Origin: Planctomycetota bacterium
GTDB taxonomy: Bacteria > Planctomycetota > UBA8108 > SXIK01
Direction of reading: 5' to 3'
Assembly: GCA_965223845.1 (NCBI GenBank)
Contig: CBDCXR010000004.1
Span: 7,264,001-7,328,000, forward strand
Length of the DNA stretch: 64,000 nucleotides
Below the pieces are notes generated by a model. The model worked only from the letters and a program-made list of their open reading frames with translations, made no database searches and was not told the DNA's origin. Of the stretch, positions 9,864 through 19,398 are shown piece by piece (position 1 is the stretch's first letter; each line of letters opens with the position of its first letter). The position numbers and the translations under genes were made by a program.

Positions 9864-12353
9864 CTAACGAAGCGGGATCGCCTCGACGTCGGCGATCGTC
9901 TCGCGTTCGTCCGAGTTGGTCTCGCCTCCGATGAGGTAGACCATCGGGACGGGGCCGCGGCTCGAGAGGTAGGCAGAGTGACGAGTGCGGCTCGCCATGA
10001 GACGGATGGCGAGCGGATTCCACGTGCGCGTGCGCCGCGAATACGCCTCGCCACCGCGAAGAGCGCCCGACCCCCGCGCGCTTCCCGGACGCTCGCCGCC
10101 GAGGAGCACCGGGCCGAGCCACGGTGCCGTCACCATCGCGGCGTGATCGCGATCCACGATCTGGTCGGGATCCGGTGACGGATGGGGAAGAACCTCGAAC
10201 GCGCTGTCCGCGGGCGATGCGGCGTCGAGCTCGAAGAGGAGCGCGTCACCGGCTTCGCCCGGCTGCGGGATCGGCACCGCGCGTCCGCGCAGCGTGCGCT
10301 GAAGCTCGCCGAGATCCGTCGCCGACTCGCGCAGTCGATTGATGTCGTCGACCCGGAGGCTCGCGACCTGTCGCCGCGTGAGGAGCCGTGCGAGCTCGGG
10401 AGTTCGAAGCTCGCTCAGACGATCGATGTCGGGGAGGGCCGCCAAATCGCGGAGCTGCGCGATCGACAGCGGCAGCTCCCAACGCCACTCGCCGTCAGGG
10501 TGGCGTGAAGTCCCGCCCGCGAGAAGGACGCGTGGGGGCGCCGATGGCGATTCGGGCGGAAGGAGAGTTGCGAGGTGTCCGAACCGAGGGAGCGAAAAGC
10601 GAAACGGGATCCGCGTGAGAACGATCGAAGCGGCGGGGTCGCGAACGTCGAGGAGGACGGGCGAGACCAGTACGGAACCCTGCGTGTAGTCGACATCGAC
10701 ACCGACGTCAGAGGACGATCCGATCGGAGTACCGATCGCGTGCGATCGTTTGGCTTGGGCGGAGTAGCCGTAACCGCCGTACGCGAGGACGAGACCGGAG
10801 TCCGCGAGCGCGGTCAAGGTGTGGCGCGTTCGCGGTACGGACCGAAACGCGCGCGACGCGTCGCGATCGAGCTCGATGCGTCCGTCCTCGGTCCGGCGAA
10901 ACTGAATCAGCTCCGCGCCGGCGACGAGCCCCGACCTCCTTCCCCCGTCGACGAGGATCGACATCGGACCGGTGGCGACGCCCGCGTGGTTCCACCGGGG
11001 AACGACGAGCGCGTCGTCGATCGACTCGACCGAGACTTCGCGAGCGCCGGCGCCGGACTCGGACGCGCCGCCGACCAGCCGGATCACCGACACGCGCGAG
11101 AGTGGTGTGAGATCGGCGTTTCGACCCCCGGCGACGACGATGAAATCGTCCGGAGTTCCGTGCGTTCCATCCGGCCCGGCGAGTGGGATGGACGTGTGCC
11201 CGGCGGTCCCCTCGGCGAGGCGGCCGGCCATCGTGAAGTGACGAGCGCCTTCGGTCGGCGCCGGATCGAAGAGGAGAATCTGGTCGATCCACTCGGGCCC
11301 GGCCGTCGCGCGGCCGCCGACGACGAGGGCCCGTCCGTCCGGGAACCCGTTGACCGTGTGACCGATGCGTCCGCCCGGCGTCGGAAGCCGGGCGCCGGCG
11401 ACGGGCGCCGCTTCCGGTACGCTCGACGCGTAGCCGAGGTCGACCTCCCGCGTCGACACGGCGCCGCGACCGCTCGCGAGATCGAAGATCTTCGTCGATG
11501 GAAACACCACGGTACCGCCGAGAGCGATTCCCGACGGGCTCTCGAGGGCACCGCGATCGAGAGAGACATCGAAGTCGCCTTCGAGCGTGAGAATGGGAGC
11601 CGAGCCGAGCTCGACGATGATTTCCCGCGGGTCGCGTCCCGCCGGAGCGAGAAACGTCGACGGGACTTCGCCGCTGTCGAGTCGGTCGAGGTCCTTCGCG
11701 AGGCGGAGGTCTCCCGGCTCGATCGGCGCGGCCGCGACGACTTTGCCCTCGAGCCGGAGCTCGACCGGTCGATCGAACACGAGGCGGAGGCGGTCTTCCG
11801 CGTCGACGACGAGATTGCCCTCGCCCGCGGGCTCTTCCCAGAGAGCTCTCTCGAGCCGCGGGTGGATTCCGAGGAACTCGAGATCCACCCACTCCGAATT
11901 CCTCCGAGGCCAACGCAGACGAACGCCGGTGGCATCCGAGTCGTCTCCGTGCACGCCGCGGGCGCGCGGTCGCGACGCGGCGGACGCGTTCGGTGGCGCC
12001 CGGAGCGTAGCGACGAGGCGCGTCGCGCTCGCGCGCTCTAGCGCGGCGGTCCAAGCGGTCGCCGGAGCGAGCTCGATCTCGGGGAGCTCGCTGCCCTCGG
12101 CGAGCGCGCGATCGAGGTCGATGATCACCGTCTCGCCGTCATCCGCCTCGCCGCTCGCGTTTTCGTCGCTCAGTCGCGCGACGACGGGCTCGGGCTGTGG
12201 GCCCGGGGCGCAACCGACGAGAGGCGCCGCGAGAACGAGCGCGGCCGTGGCCGCAGCAGCGATGGCAGAAAGTCTTTCGTCTAGCAAGGAAGCGTGCCCG
12301 TGGCGGTCTGCTGCGCTCGAACGTCCGAGGGTCTCGCCCGGATTCGGCGACAC
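9864..12353 (-). CDS. Kelch-repeat beta-propeller lipoprotein (829 aa)
   Basis: Lipobox APLVG|C; Kelch blades RIGHTVNGFPDGRALVVGG, PRWNHAGV...LVDGG, PRTRHTLT...LAYGG, PRFGHLAT...LLAGG, SRTRHSA...YLIGG. Confidence 0.75.
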   Translation of the reverse strand: MSPNPGETLGRSSAADRHGHASLLDERLSAIAAAATAALVLAAPLVGCAPGPQPEPVVARLSDENASGEADDGETVIIDLDRALAEGSELPEIELAPATAWTAALERASATRLVATLRAPPNASAASRPRARGVHGDDSDATGVRLRWPRRNSEWVDLEFLGIHPRLERALWEEPAGEGNLVVDAEDRLRLVFDRPVELRLEGKVVAAAPIEPGDLRLAKDLDRLDSGEVPSTFLAPAGRDPREIIVELGSAPILTLEGDFDVSLDRGALESPSGIALGGTVVFPSTKIFDLASGRGAVSTREVDLGYASSVPEAAPVAGARLPTPGGRIGHTVNGFPDGRALVVGGRATAGPEWIDQILLFDPAPTEGARHFTMAGRLAEGTAGHTSIPLAGPDGTHGTPDDFIVVAGGRNADLTPLSRVSVIRLVGGASESGAGAREVSVESIDDALVVPRWNHAGVATGPMSILVDGGRRSGLVAGAELIQFRRTEDGRIELDRDASRAFRSVPRTRHTLTALADSGLVLAYGGYGYSAQAKRSHAIGTPIGSSSDVGVDVDYTQGSVLVSPVLLDVRDPAASIVLTRIPFRFSLPRFGHLATLLPPESPSAPPRVLLAGGTSRHPDGEWRWELPLSIAQLRDLAALPDIDRLSELRTPELARLLTRRQVASLRVDDINRLRESATDLGELQRTLRGRAVPIPQPGEAGDALLFELDAASPADSAFEVLPHPSPDPDQIVDRDHAAMVTAPWLGPVLLGGERPGSARGSGALRGGEAYSRRTRTWNPLAIRLMASRTRHSAYLSSRGPVPMVYLIGGETNSDERETIADVEAIPLR

Positions 12354-12563
12354 GCCGGTGATCGATCCGTCGTCCTTATCGGCCGAGCGGGCGTGTCGTC
12401 TCCGGTCGTGATTCTACCGTGCCGCCGCAGGAACTCCTCGGCCGAGGCGGCTCCCTCGCGGCGAAACGGAGAGTGCGTCGATGATGAGATCGACGAGGCG
12501 GCGGGATTTCTCAGCCGAATCTCTCGGCTCGAGCGCGCCGGAGGGGCGGGATTCGCTCGCGTC

Positions 12564-13649
12564 CTACTCTTCCCTGACCCAGGCGAGCATTTTTTTCTTC
12601 ATTCTTTGGTCGGGCTCAGCGCGCGCGACGTCTTTGAGGACCCGGTTTGCGTAGTCGTTCTCGATTCTGGAGAGGGCCCTTGCGGCACTGAGCCTGACGC
12701 CGGGCTCGGAGGCGTTCCTGGCCTGGTTTTCGAGGAATGGTATGGAGGCTGGGTTTCCTATCTTTCCGATGGTGCCGAGCATGGTCTGCTTGACGATCCA
12801 GTGAGGCTCTTTCTCTACGGCTCGGTAGACGTCGTCGAGAGTCTCGTCGAGCTTGGTTTTGCCTAGGAACTGGGCGGCCTTGTTTCTGACGTTGTGTAGT
12901 GTGTCGTTGCGCATGTGCTCGACGACGGTCCCGACGGCCTCTTCTCGTCGTGAGTGAGTTCCGAGCGCCTCTACGAACTTCGCTCTAAAGGCGTGGAGGT
13001 TTTTTCTTTTGGAGAAGTCGGTGATGAGATCGAAGGAGGTGTCGTTGTCGAGCCTGGCGATGGCGTCGATGGTGTGGAACATCTCGGAGCGGGCCTCCGG
13101 CTGCTCTTGCCTTCCGAGGAAGAAGTCCTTGAGCAGGAATGTGGCCTCTTCGCTCTCTGGTCCGATGTCTCCGATGCCGTAGAGTAGGAACCTTCTGTTG
13201 ACGAAGTCGGCCTCTGCGTTGAGTACGGCTCCGAGAGTGGGGAGGGCATCGGGTCCGAGTGAGGCGAGGTAGTCTCTGAGGTCCTGTCGGATCTTTTGGA
13301 TCCCGAGCTTGGGATCGGTCTGATCGAGGACCATGGACTCGAAGAAGGTGTGGAGATCGGTGGCGAGGTCGTGGTCCCAGCCGGCGGGGAACTCGGTGAT
13401 GTTCCAGCGCGGGTAGCGTCCGCCGTAGCGCTTGAGTCTCTGCTCGGAGTAGCGGACGGGCTCGGTGGGAGAGTTCTGGGGGACGTCGAACTGAGCGGGC
13501 TCGGTCTCGGGCGTGGGCTGAGGGTCGGCGACGGTGGGGGAGGGAGCCTCGTCGTCGCTTCGTCCGGCGATGACGAGAAGGTAGCCGAAGGTGATGGTGA
13601 GGAGCGCGGCGAGCGCGAGAGGGGCCGCGACGCGGAGAGAGATCTTCAT
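12564..13649 (-). CDS. Membrane-anchored HEAT-repeat protein, copy 1
   Basis: N-terminal hydrophobic anchor, Pro-rich linker, HEAT-like repeats (VRNKAAQFLGK, VKQTMLGTIGKIG, VRLSAARALSRI). Confidence 0.8.
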   Translation of the reverse strand: MKISLRVAAPLALAALLTITFGYLLVIAGRSDDEAPSPTVADPQPTPETEPAQFDVPQNSPTEPVRYSEQRLKRYGGRYPRWNITEFPAGWDHDLATDLHTFFESMVLDQTDPKLGIQKIRQDLRDYLASLGPDALPTLGAVLNAEADFVNRRFLLYGIGDIGPESEEATFLLKDFFLGRQEQPEARSEMFHTIDAIARLDNDTSFDLITDFSKRKNLHAFRAKFVEALGTHSRREEAVGTVVEHMRNDTLHNVRNKAAQFLGKTKLDETLDDVYRAVEKEPHWIVKQTMLGTIGKIGNPASIPFLENQARNASEPGVRLSAARALSRIENDYANRVLKDVARAEPDQRMKKKMLAWVREE

Positions 13650-13683
13650 CGGCCGAGTGCTTTCGATTCGAGCTCTACGATTT

Positions 13684-14037
13684 TCAACGGGACGCGCCTC
13701 GAATGGACGCGTTTTCCTTCCGGAGCGGCGGCAAGAGTACCTCGGCGGTAGGAGCGGCAGGCTCTCCGCCGATGAAACGAATGCCGTCCCCGCCGGATAG
13801 AAGGATACGATCGCCGCTCATGTGGATGATTCCGTTGCCGCCGGGAATGGACCGGCGGGGCGAGGTCACTTTCGACCGGGAACCTCGGAGCCAGCTCACG
13901 TCTCGCGCGACAGCGACGACGAAGGCGCCGGCCGTGAACGCGGCGGCGAGGCCGAGCAGCCCGGCGAACGCTTGCGAACGCCGGCGAGTCTCACGCCCGG
14001 AACGGCGCGAAACTCCCCGAGCCCTTGATTCAATCAA
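13684..14037 (-). pseudogene. Mini-ORF or remnant: hydrophobic segment fused to the C-terminal ~55 aa of the Kelch lipoprotein family
   Basis: SIPGGNGIIHMSGDRILLSGGDGIRFIGGEPAAPTAEVLLPP aligns with AIPGADGIINTTDDRILLSGGGSDGRFIGGEPAAPSCEVLLPP. Possible TTG start at 14037 overlaps the 3' end and stop codon of the upstream gene. Confidence 0.55.
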
Positions 14038-15910
14038 CGGGAGTCGTCTCGTTGACGCGCGGCGGGAGGAGGACTTCGCAGGACGGAGCGGCGGGCTCGC
14101 CGCCGATGAAGCGTCCGTCACTCCCTCCACCGGATGCAAGGATGCGATCGTCGGTCGTGTTGATGATTCCGTCGGCTCCGGGGATGGCGATGTTCTTCGC
14201 GTAGACGCGCCACGCGGCGCGGGGCTGCGCCCAGCGGGCGAGGGCGGTGTTCCCGAAGGCAGAGATCACGTCGGTGGTCGGGATGTTGCCGTCGAGAGTG
14301 AGCCACGTACCGATGATGCCGAGGGGGTTGTTGACCGTTCGATCGCTGCGGAGCTCACGCGGCGAGAGCTCGAGGATGGTGGCCGCACGGAGATTGAAGA
14401 ACGGATCGAAGACGCACCCGGTGCTGATCGGCTCGAAGGGATAGTGAGGGCAGCCGGGCGCGGGAATGATGTGCGTGCCGCCGAGCGCAAACACCCAGGT
14501 GGTGACGTCGGGTCGATCGGGGACGGTAACCATGTGCCGGGGGAGCGAAACGGGATTGGTCTGACAGCGCCCGACGAGGTAGTCGAAGGGGAAGGCGTTC
14601 GCCGGCGGCTCGACGCCCTGGACCTGGGAGAGGGTCTGGAGGTCTTCGACGTTGAAGAACTGGAGCCCCTGCGCGGGTCCGAAGCCGGTGAACGTGCAGA
14701 TGAAGAGCTCGTCGTTCTGGTTGAAGAATGAATCGGGGCAAATCTCGTCTGAGTTTCCGTGCGTGATGAGGATCGCGTTCCCCATGCCGCGGATCCCGTC
14801 GATGGTGAAGTCGTTGAATCGTCCGAGATTCATGATCGCCGGAGTGTCGACGCGCGGCGAGCCGAGGGAGACGTTTCCGGCCTGAGTGACGATGCGCGTG
14901 AGCGGATCCATGAACTCGACGACGGTGAGTCCGTCGGCCTCTTCGCGTCCGACGGCGGTGTAGAGCTTCGTCTGGGGCGCCGCCTGTCCGGTGAGGGTCT
15001 GGAACCCTCCGGCGAAGACGAGGATGTCGTCGGCCGAGCCGAGCACCTGGTCGAAGCCGGCAACGCGATCGGTGGCGTGTCCGGCGCGTCCGCGCGGGGT
15101 GTTGAGTGTGATCTCGCGGTCGCTGTTCGGACGGGTGAAGGGGATGAATCGCCCCTCGGTGACGCTGAAGACCTCGAAGGTACGGAGGGACTGGAAGACG
15201 GTGCGCTGCTCTTGGCGTCCGACTTGTCCCGGCTCGATGTTGACGTTGATGATCGTGACGGTGCTGACGTCCTGACCGCCGGTGACGAGGAAGTTGCCGT
15301 TGAAGAGCTGCGTCGTGGTGTGGCGGAAGCGGGGATTGAGTAGCTCCTCGTCGAGGACTTCGATCGTGCGGGTGTCGGGATCGAAGAATTCAGGCTTCTC
15401 GTAGGCTCTCTGCGCTTCGGCGATGTCGCTCGTCCCGCCGATGACGAGAATGCGTCCGTCGGCGAGCTGGTTCACGGTGTGGAAGATGCGCGGACCGTTC
15501 TCGAGGACCATCGGGTCGCCCTCGAAGTTGGTATCGAACCAAACTCCGGTGCGAGTCTCCGGCCGGATGCGGTCGGTGTCGACCGCGGCCTGGTCGTAGA
15601 ACTCGATGGTATCGAGCGTCGAGAGGCCGCGCTCGTCCGAGCCGCAGAAGACGAAGACGAATCCCGTGCGGCTGAAGACGGCCTCGTGGAGGTAGCGCGG
15701 GCGGTTGAGATCGGCGGTGCCGTAGTAGGGACGGTACTGGTTCGTCTCCTCGTCGAACTCCGGGAGCCTCGGCGCTGCCTGTGAGACGTTCGTGATGCCG
15801 ACGCCCTCCGCCGAGCTGCCGCCGCCGCAGCCGGAAGCGACGAAGAGGGCGGCGGTCGAGACGAGGACGCTGAACGCGAGCGAGATCGAAGGAGAGAGAG
15901 ACGGTTTCAT
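14030..15910 (-). CDS. Kelch-repeat lipoprotein, paralog A
   Basis: MKPSLS...FVASG|CGGG lipobox; blades RPRYLHEA, PRIFHTVNQLADGRILVIGG, PRFRHTTTQLFNGNFLVTGG, GRAGHAT...FAGG. Start set at ATG 15910. Confidence 0.8.
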   Translation of the reverse strand: MKPSLSPSISLAFSVLVSTAALFVASGCGGGSSAEGVGITNVSQAAPRLPEFDEETNQYRPYYGTADLNRPRYLHEAVFSRTGFVFVFCGSDERGLSTLDTIEFYDQAAVDTDRIRPETRTGVWFDTNFEGDPMVLENGPRIFHTVNQLADGRILVIGGTSDIAEAQRAYEKPEFFDPDTRTIEVLDEELLNPRFRHTTTQLFNGNFLVTGGQDVSTVTIINVNIEPGQVGRQEQRTVFQSLRTFEVFSVTEGRFIPFTRPNSDREITLNTPRGRAGHATDRVAGFDQVLGSADDILVFAGGFQTLTGQAAPQTKLYTAVGREEADGLTVVEFMDPLTRIVTQAGNVSLGSPRVDTPAIMNLGRFNDFTIDGIRGMGNAILITHGNSDEICPDSFFNQNDELFICTFTGFGPAQGLQFFNVEDLQTLSQVQGVEPPANAFPFDYLVGRCQTNPVSLPRHMVTVPDRPDVTTWVFALGGTHIIPAPGCPHYPFEPISTGCVFDPFFNLRAATILELSPRELRSDRTVNNPLGIIGTWLTLDGNIPTTDVISAFGNTALARWAQPRAAWRVYAKNIAIPGADGIINTTDDRILASGGGSDGRFIGGEPAAPSCEVLLPPRVNETTPVD

Positions 15911-16019
15911 TCTGTCGAACCTCTTTCGCGAATCGCGCCGACTGCGGGAACGATCGAGTCCGGCAGTGGCGAACGGGGGGGAAGTCGTTGTGGCTGGGTT
16001 GTTCTCGCCGGCTCTGATC

Positions 16020-16035
16020 TGCAAGCGCCGTACCG
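16020..16035 (-). promoter_or_regulatory. Sigma54 -24/-12 promoter upstream of Kelch paralog A
   Basis: Minus strand reads CGGTACGGCGCTTGCA against consensus TGGCACG-N4-TTGCW, about 110 bp upstream of the start. Confidence 0.6.
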
Positions 16036-16276
16036 CGAGCCGATAGAATCTCGGGGTGTGGTGGGATCCCGCCTAAGGCGTTGATTCGTATCGGGTTATG
16101 TCCGCCTTCGCGGCGGGAGAACGCTGGCTCGACGCTCCGGGCGCTTCGACGACGCCGGTGGATGGGCGCCAGAGACCCAGCCGACAAAAGCTCTTTACAC
16201 GTGGTTTAACAGCGAGTGGTTGAGGGCGGAATGAACGAGTTTCTCGCGCGAGGCGTGCGGGCAGAACGGATCGGCC

Positions 16277-17362
16277 CTACTCTTCCCTGACCCAGGCGAG
16301 CATTTTTTTCTTCATTCTTTGGTCGGGCTCAGCGCGCGCGACGTCTTTGAGGACCCGGTTTGCGTAGTCGTTCTCGATTCTGGAGAGGGCCCTTGCGGCA
16401 CTGAGCCTGACGCCGGGCTCGGAGGCGTTCCTGGCCTGGTTTTCGAGGAATGGTATGGAGGCTGGGTTTCCTATCTTTCCGATGGTGCCGAGCATGGTCT
16501 GCTTGACGATCCAGTGAGGCTCTTTCTCTACGGCTCGGTAGACGTCGTCGAGAGTCTCGTCGAGCTTGGTTTTGCCTAGGAACTGGGCGGCCTTGTTTCT
16601 GACGTTGTGTAGTGTGTCGTTGCGCATGTGCTCGACGACGGTCCCGACGGCCTCTTCTCGTCGTGAGTGAGTTCCGAGCGCCTCTACGAACTTCGCTCTA
16701 AAGGCGTGGAGGTTTTTTCTTTTGGAGAAGTCGGTGATGAGATCGAAGGAGGTGTCGTTGTCGAGCCTGGCGATGGCGTCGATGGTGTGGAACATCTCGG
16801 AGCGGGCCTCCGGCTGCTCTTGCCTTCCGAGGAAGAAGTCCTTGAGCAGGAATGTGGCCTCTTCGCTCTCTGGTCCGATGTCTCCGATGCCGTAGAGTAG
16901 GAACCTTCTGTTGACGAAGTCGGCCTCTGCGTTGAGTACGGCTCCGAGAGTGGGGAGGGCATCGGGTCCGAGTGAGGCGAGGTAGTCTCTGAGGTCCTGT
17001 CGGATCTTTTGGATCCCGAGCTTGGGATCGGTCTGATCGAGGACCATGGACTCGAAGAAGGTGTGGAGATCGGTGGCGAGGTCGTGGTCCCAGCCGGCGG
17101 GGAACTCGGTGATGTTCCAGCGCGGGTAGCGTCCGCCGTAGCGCTTGAGTCTCTGCTCGGAGTAGCGGACGGGCTCGGTGGGAGAGTTCTGGGGGACGTC
17201 GAACTGAGCGGGCTCGGTCTCGGGCGTGGGCTGAGGGTCGGCGACGGTGGGGGAGGGAGCCTCGTCGTCGCTTCGTCCGGCGATGACGAGAAGGTAGCCG
17301 AAGGTGATGGTGAGGAGCGCGGCGAGCGCGAGAGGGGCCGCGACGCGGAGAGAGATCTTCAT
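16277..17362 (-). CDS. Membrane-anchored HEAT-repeat protein, copy 2 (identical to 12564-13649)
   Basis: Same 361-aa translation; the overlapping shadow ORFs also translate identically. Confidence 0.8.
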   Translation of the reverse strand: MKISLRVAAPLALAALLTITFGYLLVIAGRSDDEAPSPTVADPQPTPETEPAQFDVPQNSPTEPVRYSEQRLKRYGGRYPRWNITEFPAGWDHDLATDLHTFFESMVLDQTDPKLGIQKIRQDLRDYLASLGPDALPTLGAVLNAEADFVNRRFLLYGIGDIGPESEEATFLLKDFFLGRQEQPEARSEMFHTIDAIARLDNDTSFDLITDFSKRKNLHAFRAKFVEALGTHSRREEAVGTVVEHMRNDTLHNVRNKAAQFLGKTKLDETLDDVYRAVEKEPHWIVKQTMLGTIGKIGNPASIPFLENQARNASEPGVRLSAARALSRIENDYANRVLKDVARAEPDQRMKKKMLAWVREE

Positions 17363-17499
17363 GGGCGGGGATTCAAGCTCGGGCAAGCGTTATCGGGAAG
17401 AGACGTCCATCCCAGGCGATGGTACAACCAAACCCCTCTCTTTCCCGCCTCCGCATACACCCCGCTCGAGCGAGGAGTTCACCTCCGGCCGAGTTCGGC

Positions 17500-19398
17500 T
17501 CAGTCGACGGGCGTCGTTTCGTTGACGCGCGGCGGGAGGAGCACTTCGCAGGACGGAGCGGCGGGCTCGCCGCCGATGAAGCGTCCGTCGCTGCCTCCGC
17601 CGGAGAGGAGAATGCGGTCGTCGGTCGTGTTGATGATTCCGTCGGCTCCGGGGATGGCGATGTTCTTCGCGTAGACGCGCCATGCGGCCCGCGGCTGCGC
17701 CCAGCGGGCGAGGGCGGTGTTTCCGAAGGCTGAGATCACGTCAGTGGTGGGCGTATTGCCGTCGAGCGTGAGCCAGGTGCCGATGATGCCGAGGGGATTG
17801 TTGACGGTTCGATCGCTGCGGAGCTCGCGGGGCGAGAGCTCGAGGATCGTCGCGGCGCGGAGATTGAAGAAGGGATCGAAGACCGTGCCGGTGCTGATCG
17901 GCTCGAACGGGTAATAGCCGCAACCGCCGACTGGAATGATGTGAGTCCCCGAGAGCGCGAACACCCACGTGGTGACATCGGGTTGGTCGGGGACGGTGAG
18001 CATGTGCCGGGGGAGCGAAACGGGATTGGTCTGGCAGCGCCCGACGAGGTAGTCGAAGGGGAAGGCGTTCGCCGGCGGCTCGACGCCCTGGACCTGGGAG
18101 AGGGTCTGGAGGTCTTCGACGTTGAAGAACTGGAGCCCCTGCGCGGGTCCGAAGCCGGTGAACGTGCAGATGAAGAGCTCGTCGTTCTGGTTGAACAGCG
18201 TATCGGGACAAACCTCGTCTGAGTTTCCGTGCGTGATGAGGATCGCGTTCCCCATGCCGCGGATCCCGTCGATGGTGAAGTCGTTGAATCGTCCGAGATT
18301 CATGATCGCCGGAGTGTCGACGCGCGGCGAGCCGAGGGAGACGTTTCCGGCCTGGGTGACGATGCGCGTGAGCGGATCCATGAACTCGACGACGGTGAGT
18401 CCGTCGGCCTCTTCGCGTCCGACGGCGGTGTAGAGCTTCGTCTGGGGCGCCGCCTGTCCGGTGAGGGTCTGGAACCCTCCGGCGAAGATGACGATGTCGT
18501 CGGCCGAGCCGAGCACCTGGTCGAAGCCGGCGACGCGATTGGTGTCGTGTCCGGCGCGTCCGCGCGGGGTGTTGAGTGTGATCTCGCGGTCGCTGTTCGG
18601 ACGGGTGAAGGGGATGAATCGCCCCTCGGTGACGCTGAAGACCTCGAAGGTACGGAGGGACTGGAAGACGGTGCGCTGCTCTTGGCGTCCGACTTGTCCC
18701 GGCTCGATGTTGACGTTGATGATCGTGACGGTGCTGACGTCCTGACCGCCGGTGACGAGGAAGTTGCCGTTGAAGAGCTGCGTCGTGGTGTGGCGGAAGC
18801 GGGGATTCAGCATCTCCTCATCGAGGACTTCGATCGTGCGGGTGTCGGGATCGAAGAACTCGGGCTTCTCGTAGGCTCTCTGCGCTTCGGCGATGTCACT
18901 CGTCCCGCCGACGACGAGGAGGCGGCCATCCGCGAGCTCGTTTACGGTGTGGAAGATGCGCGGACCGTTCTCGAGGACCATCGGGTCACCCTCGAAGTTG
19001 GTATCGAACCAAACTCCGGTGCGAGTCTCCGGCCGGATGAGATCGGTGTCGATCGCGGCCTGGTCGTAGAACTCGATGGTATCGAGCGTCGAGAGGCCGC
19101 GCTCGTCCGAGCCGCAGAAGACGAAGACGAATCCCGTGCGGCTGAAGACGGCCTCGTGGAGGTAGCGCGGACGGTTGAGATCGGCGGTGCCGTAGTAGGG
19201 ACGGTACTGGTTCGTCTCCTCGTCGAACTCCGGGAGCCTCGGCGCTGCCTGTGAGACGTTCGTGATGCCGACGCCCTCCGCCGAGCTGCCGCCGCCGCAG
19301 CCGGAGCCGACGAGCGCCAGAGTCGAAACGAGGGCTAGAGCGGCGCCGCGGGCGGCCGCCGAGAGGTCGGTGAATCGCTTCATTTCCCGTGCTTTCAT
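17500..19398 (-). CDS. Kelch-repeat lipoprotein, paralog B
   Basis: Lipobox LVGSG|CGGG; mature protein differs from paralog A at about 23 positions by my count; signal peptide largely different. Confidence 0.8.
   Translation of the reverse strand: MKAREMKRFTDLSAAARGAALALVSTLALVGSGCGGGSSAEGVGITNVSQAAPRLPEFDEETNQYRPYYGTADLNRPRYLHEAVFSRTGFVFVFCGSDERGLSTLDTIEFYDQAAIDTDLIRPETRTGVWFDTNFEGDPMVLENGPRIFHTVNELADGRLLVVGGTSDIAEAQRAYEKPEFFDPDTRTIEVLDEEMLNPRFRHTTTQLFNGNFLVTGGQDVSTVTIINVNIEPGQVGRQEQRTVFQSLRTFEVFSVTEGRFIPFTRPNSDREITLNTPRGRAGHDTNRVAGFDQVLGSADDIVIFAGGFQTLTGQAAPQTKLYTAVGREEADGLTVVEFMDPLTRIVTQAGNVSLGSPRVDTPAIMNLGRFNDFTIDGIRGMGNAILITHGNSDEVCPDTLFNQNDELFICTFTGFGPAQGLQFFNVEDLQTLSQVQGVEPPANAFPFDYLVGRCQTNPVSLPRHMLTVPDQPDVTTWVFALSGTHIIPVGGCGYYPFEPISTGTVFDPFFNLRAATILELSPRELRSDRTVNNPLGIIGTWLTLDGNTPTTDVISAFGNTALARWAQPRAAWRVYAKNIAIPGADGIINTTDDRILLSGGGSDGRFIGGEPAAPSCEVLLPPRVNETTPVD

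Larger units (their letters stand above)
12564..19303. repeat. Tandem duplication of the [Kelch lipoprotein + HEAT protein] unit
   Basis: HEAT 12564-13649 equals 16277-17362 (offset 3713). Kelch 14030-~15833 is near-identical to 17500-~19303 (offset 3470). Intergenic sequences differ. Confidence 0.92.

Noticed and set aside
13700-14230. Diversity-generating retroelement template/variable repeat pair at the Kelch C-termini
   Set aside because: Differences among the three copies involve all bases, are often synonymous and include an indel, so they are not adenine-specific. No reverse transcriptase is in the window.
12564-19398. The whole duplication as a pure assembly artefact
   Set aside because: The Kelch copies have different signal peptides, upstream regions and clustered substitutions, and all junctions keep intact frames. 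Perfect HEAT identity still needs read-level confirmation.
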